From the NCBI RefSeq assembly GCF_001194135.2, contig NC_069000.1, positions 6,932,899 to 6,996,898 on the forward strand: a DNA stretch of 64,000 nt, in the 5' to 3' direction. Each line of letters opens with the position of its first letter. Position 1 is the first letter of the stretch. This stretch comes from Octopus bimaculoides. Its lineage: Eukaryota. A program made the position numbers and the translations under genes. Of this stretch, positions 63,673 to 64,000 are shown in pieces. The notes beneath the pieces are model-generated. The model was not told the origin of the DNA. It did not search any database and worked only from the letters and a program-made list of their open reading frames with translations.

Positions 63673-64000
63673 ATCATCATCATCGTTTAACGTCCGCTTT
63701 CCATGCTAGCATGGGTTGGACGATTTGACTGAGGACTGGTGAAACCGGATGGCAACACCAGGCTCCAGTCTAATTTGGCAGAGTTTCTACAGCTGGATGC
63801 CCTTCCTAACGCCAACCACTCAGAGAGTGTAGTGGGTGCTTTTACGTGTCACCCGCACGAAAACGGCCACGCTCGAAATGGTGTCTTTTATGTGCCACCC
63901 GCACAAGCCAGTCCAGGGGCACTGGCAACGATCTCGCTCGAAAATCCTACGGGAGCCAGTCAGGCGGTACTGGCAACGGCCACGCTCAAAATGGTGCATC
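63673..64000 (-). mobile_element. Young family A (RTE 3' end) copy, running off the window
   Basis: (cat)n cgtttaacgtccgctttccatgctagc...; CpGs intact; tandem ggcaacggccacgctc units; nearly identical to 7790-7910 and 45130-45360; truncates a family B head at 63600-63672. Confidence 0.85.

Overview
AT-rich, repeat-dense eukaryotic DNA from a short-read scaffold with ten N gaps. The SINE/RTE/microsatellite landscape looks like an octopus (coleoid cephalopod) genome; this is inferred from repeat style, not from a search. One complete protein-coding gene can be reconstructed by hand: a six-exon group I p21-activated kinase (+ strand, 51867-57236, 1356 nt, 451 aa, all introns GT-AG and phase-consistent). 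It keeps an intact kinase but has a non-canonical CRIB and no Nck or PIX proline motifs. Two lysine-rich exons of an unidentified gene lie at 992-1982. The rest is mobile DNA: RTE, CR1, Tc1 and mariner relics, several tRNA-derived SINE families, piggyBac-, hAT- and mariner-type MITEs, and Helitrons. The most novel-looking signals are: (i) two diverged ORF1-only (RRM-like + CCHC, no RT) retroposon copies resembling HAL1; (ii) a Helitron that splits the zinc knuckle of one copy and seems to carry a helicase relic in inverted orientation; (iii) a CpG-rich structured segment and a 5S/tRNA composite in PAK intron 5; (iv) SINEs whose internal microsatellite is the junction between one head and two different tails. 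No CRISPR, intact tRNA or intact rRNA gene was seen.
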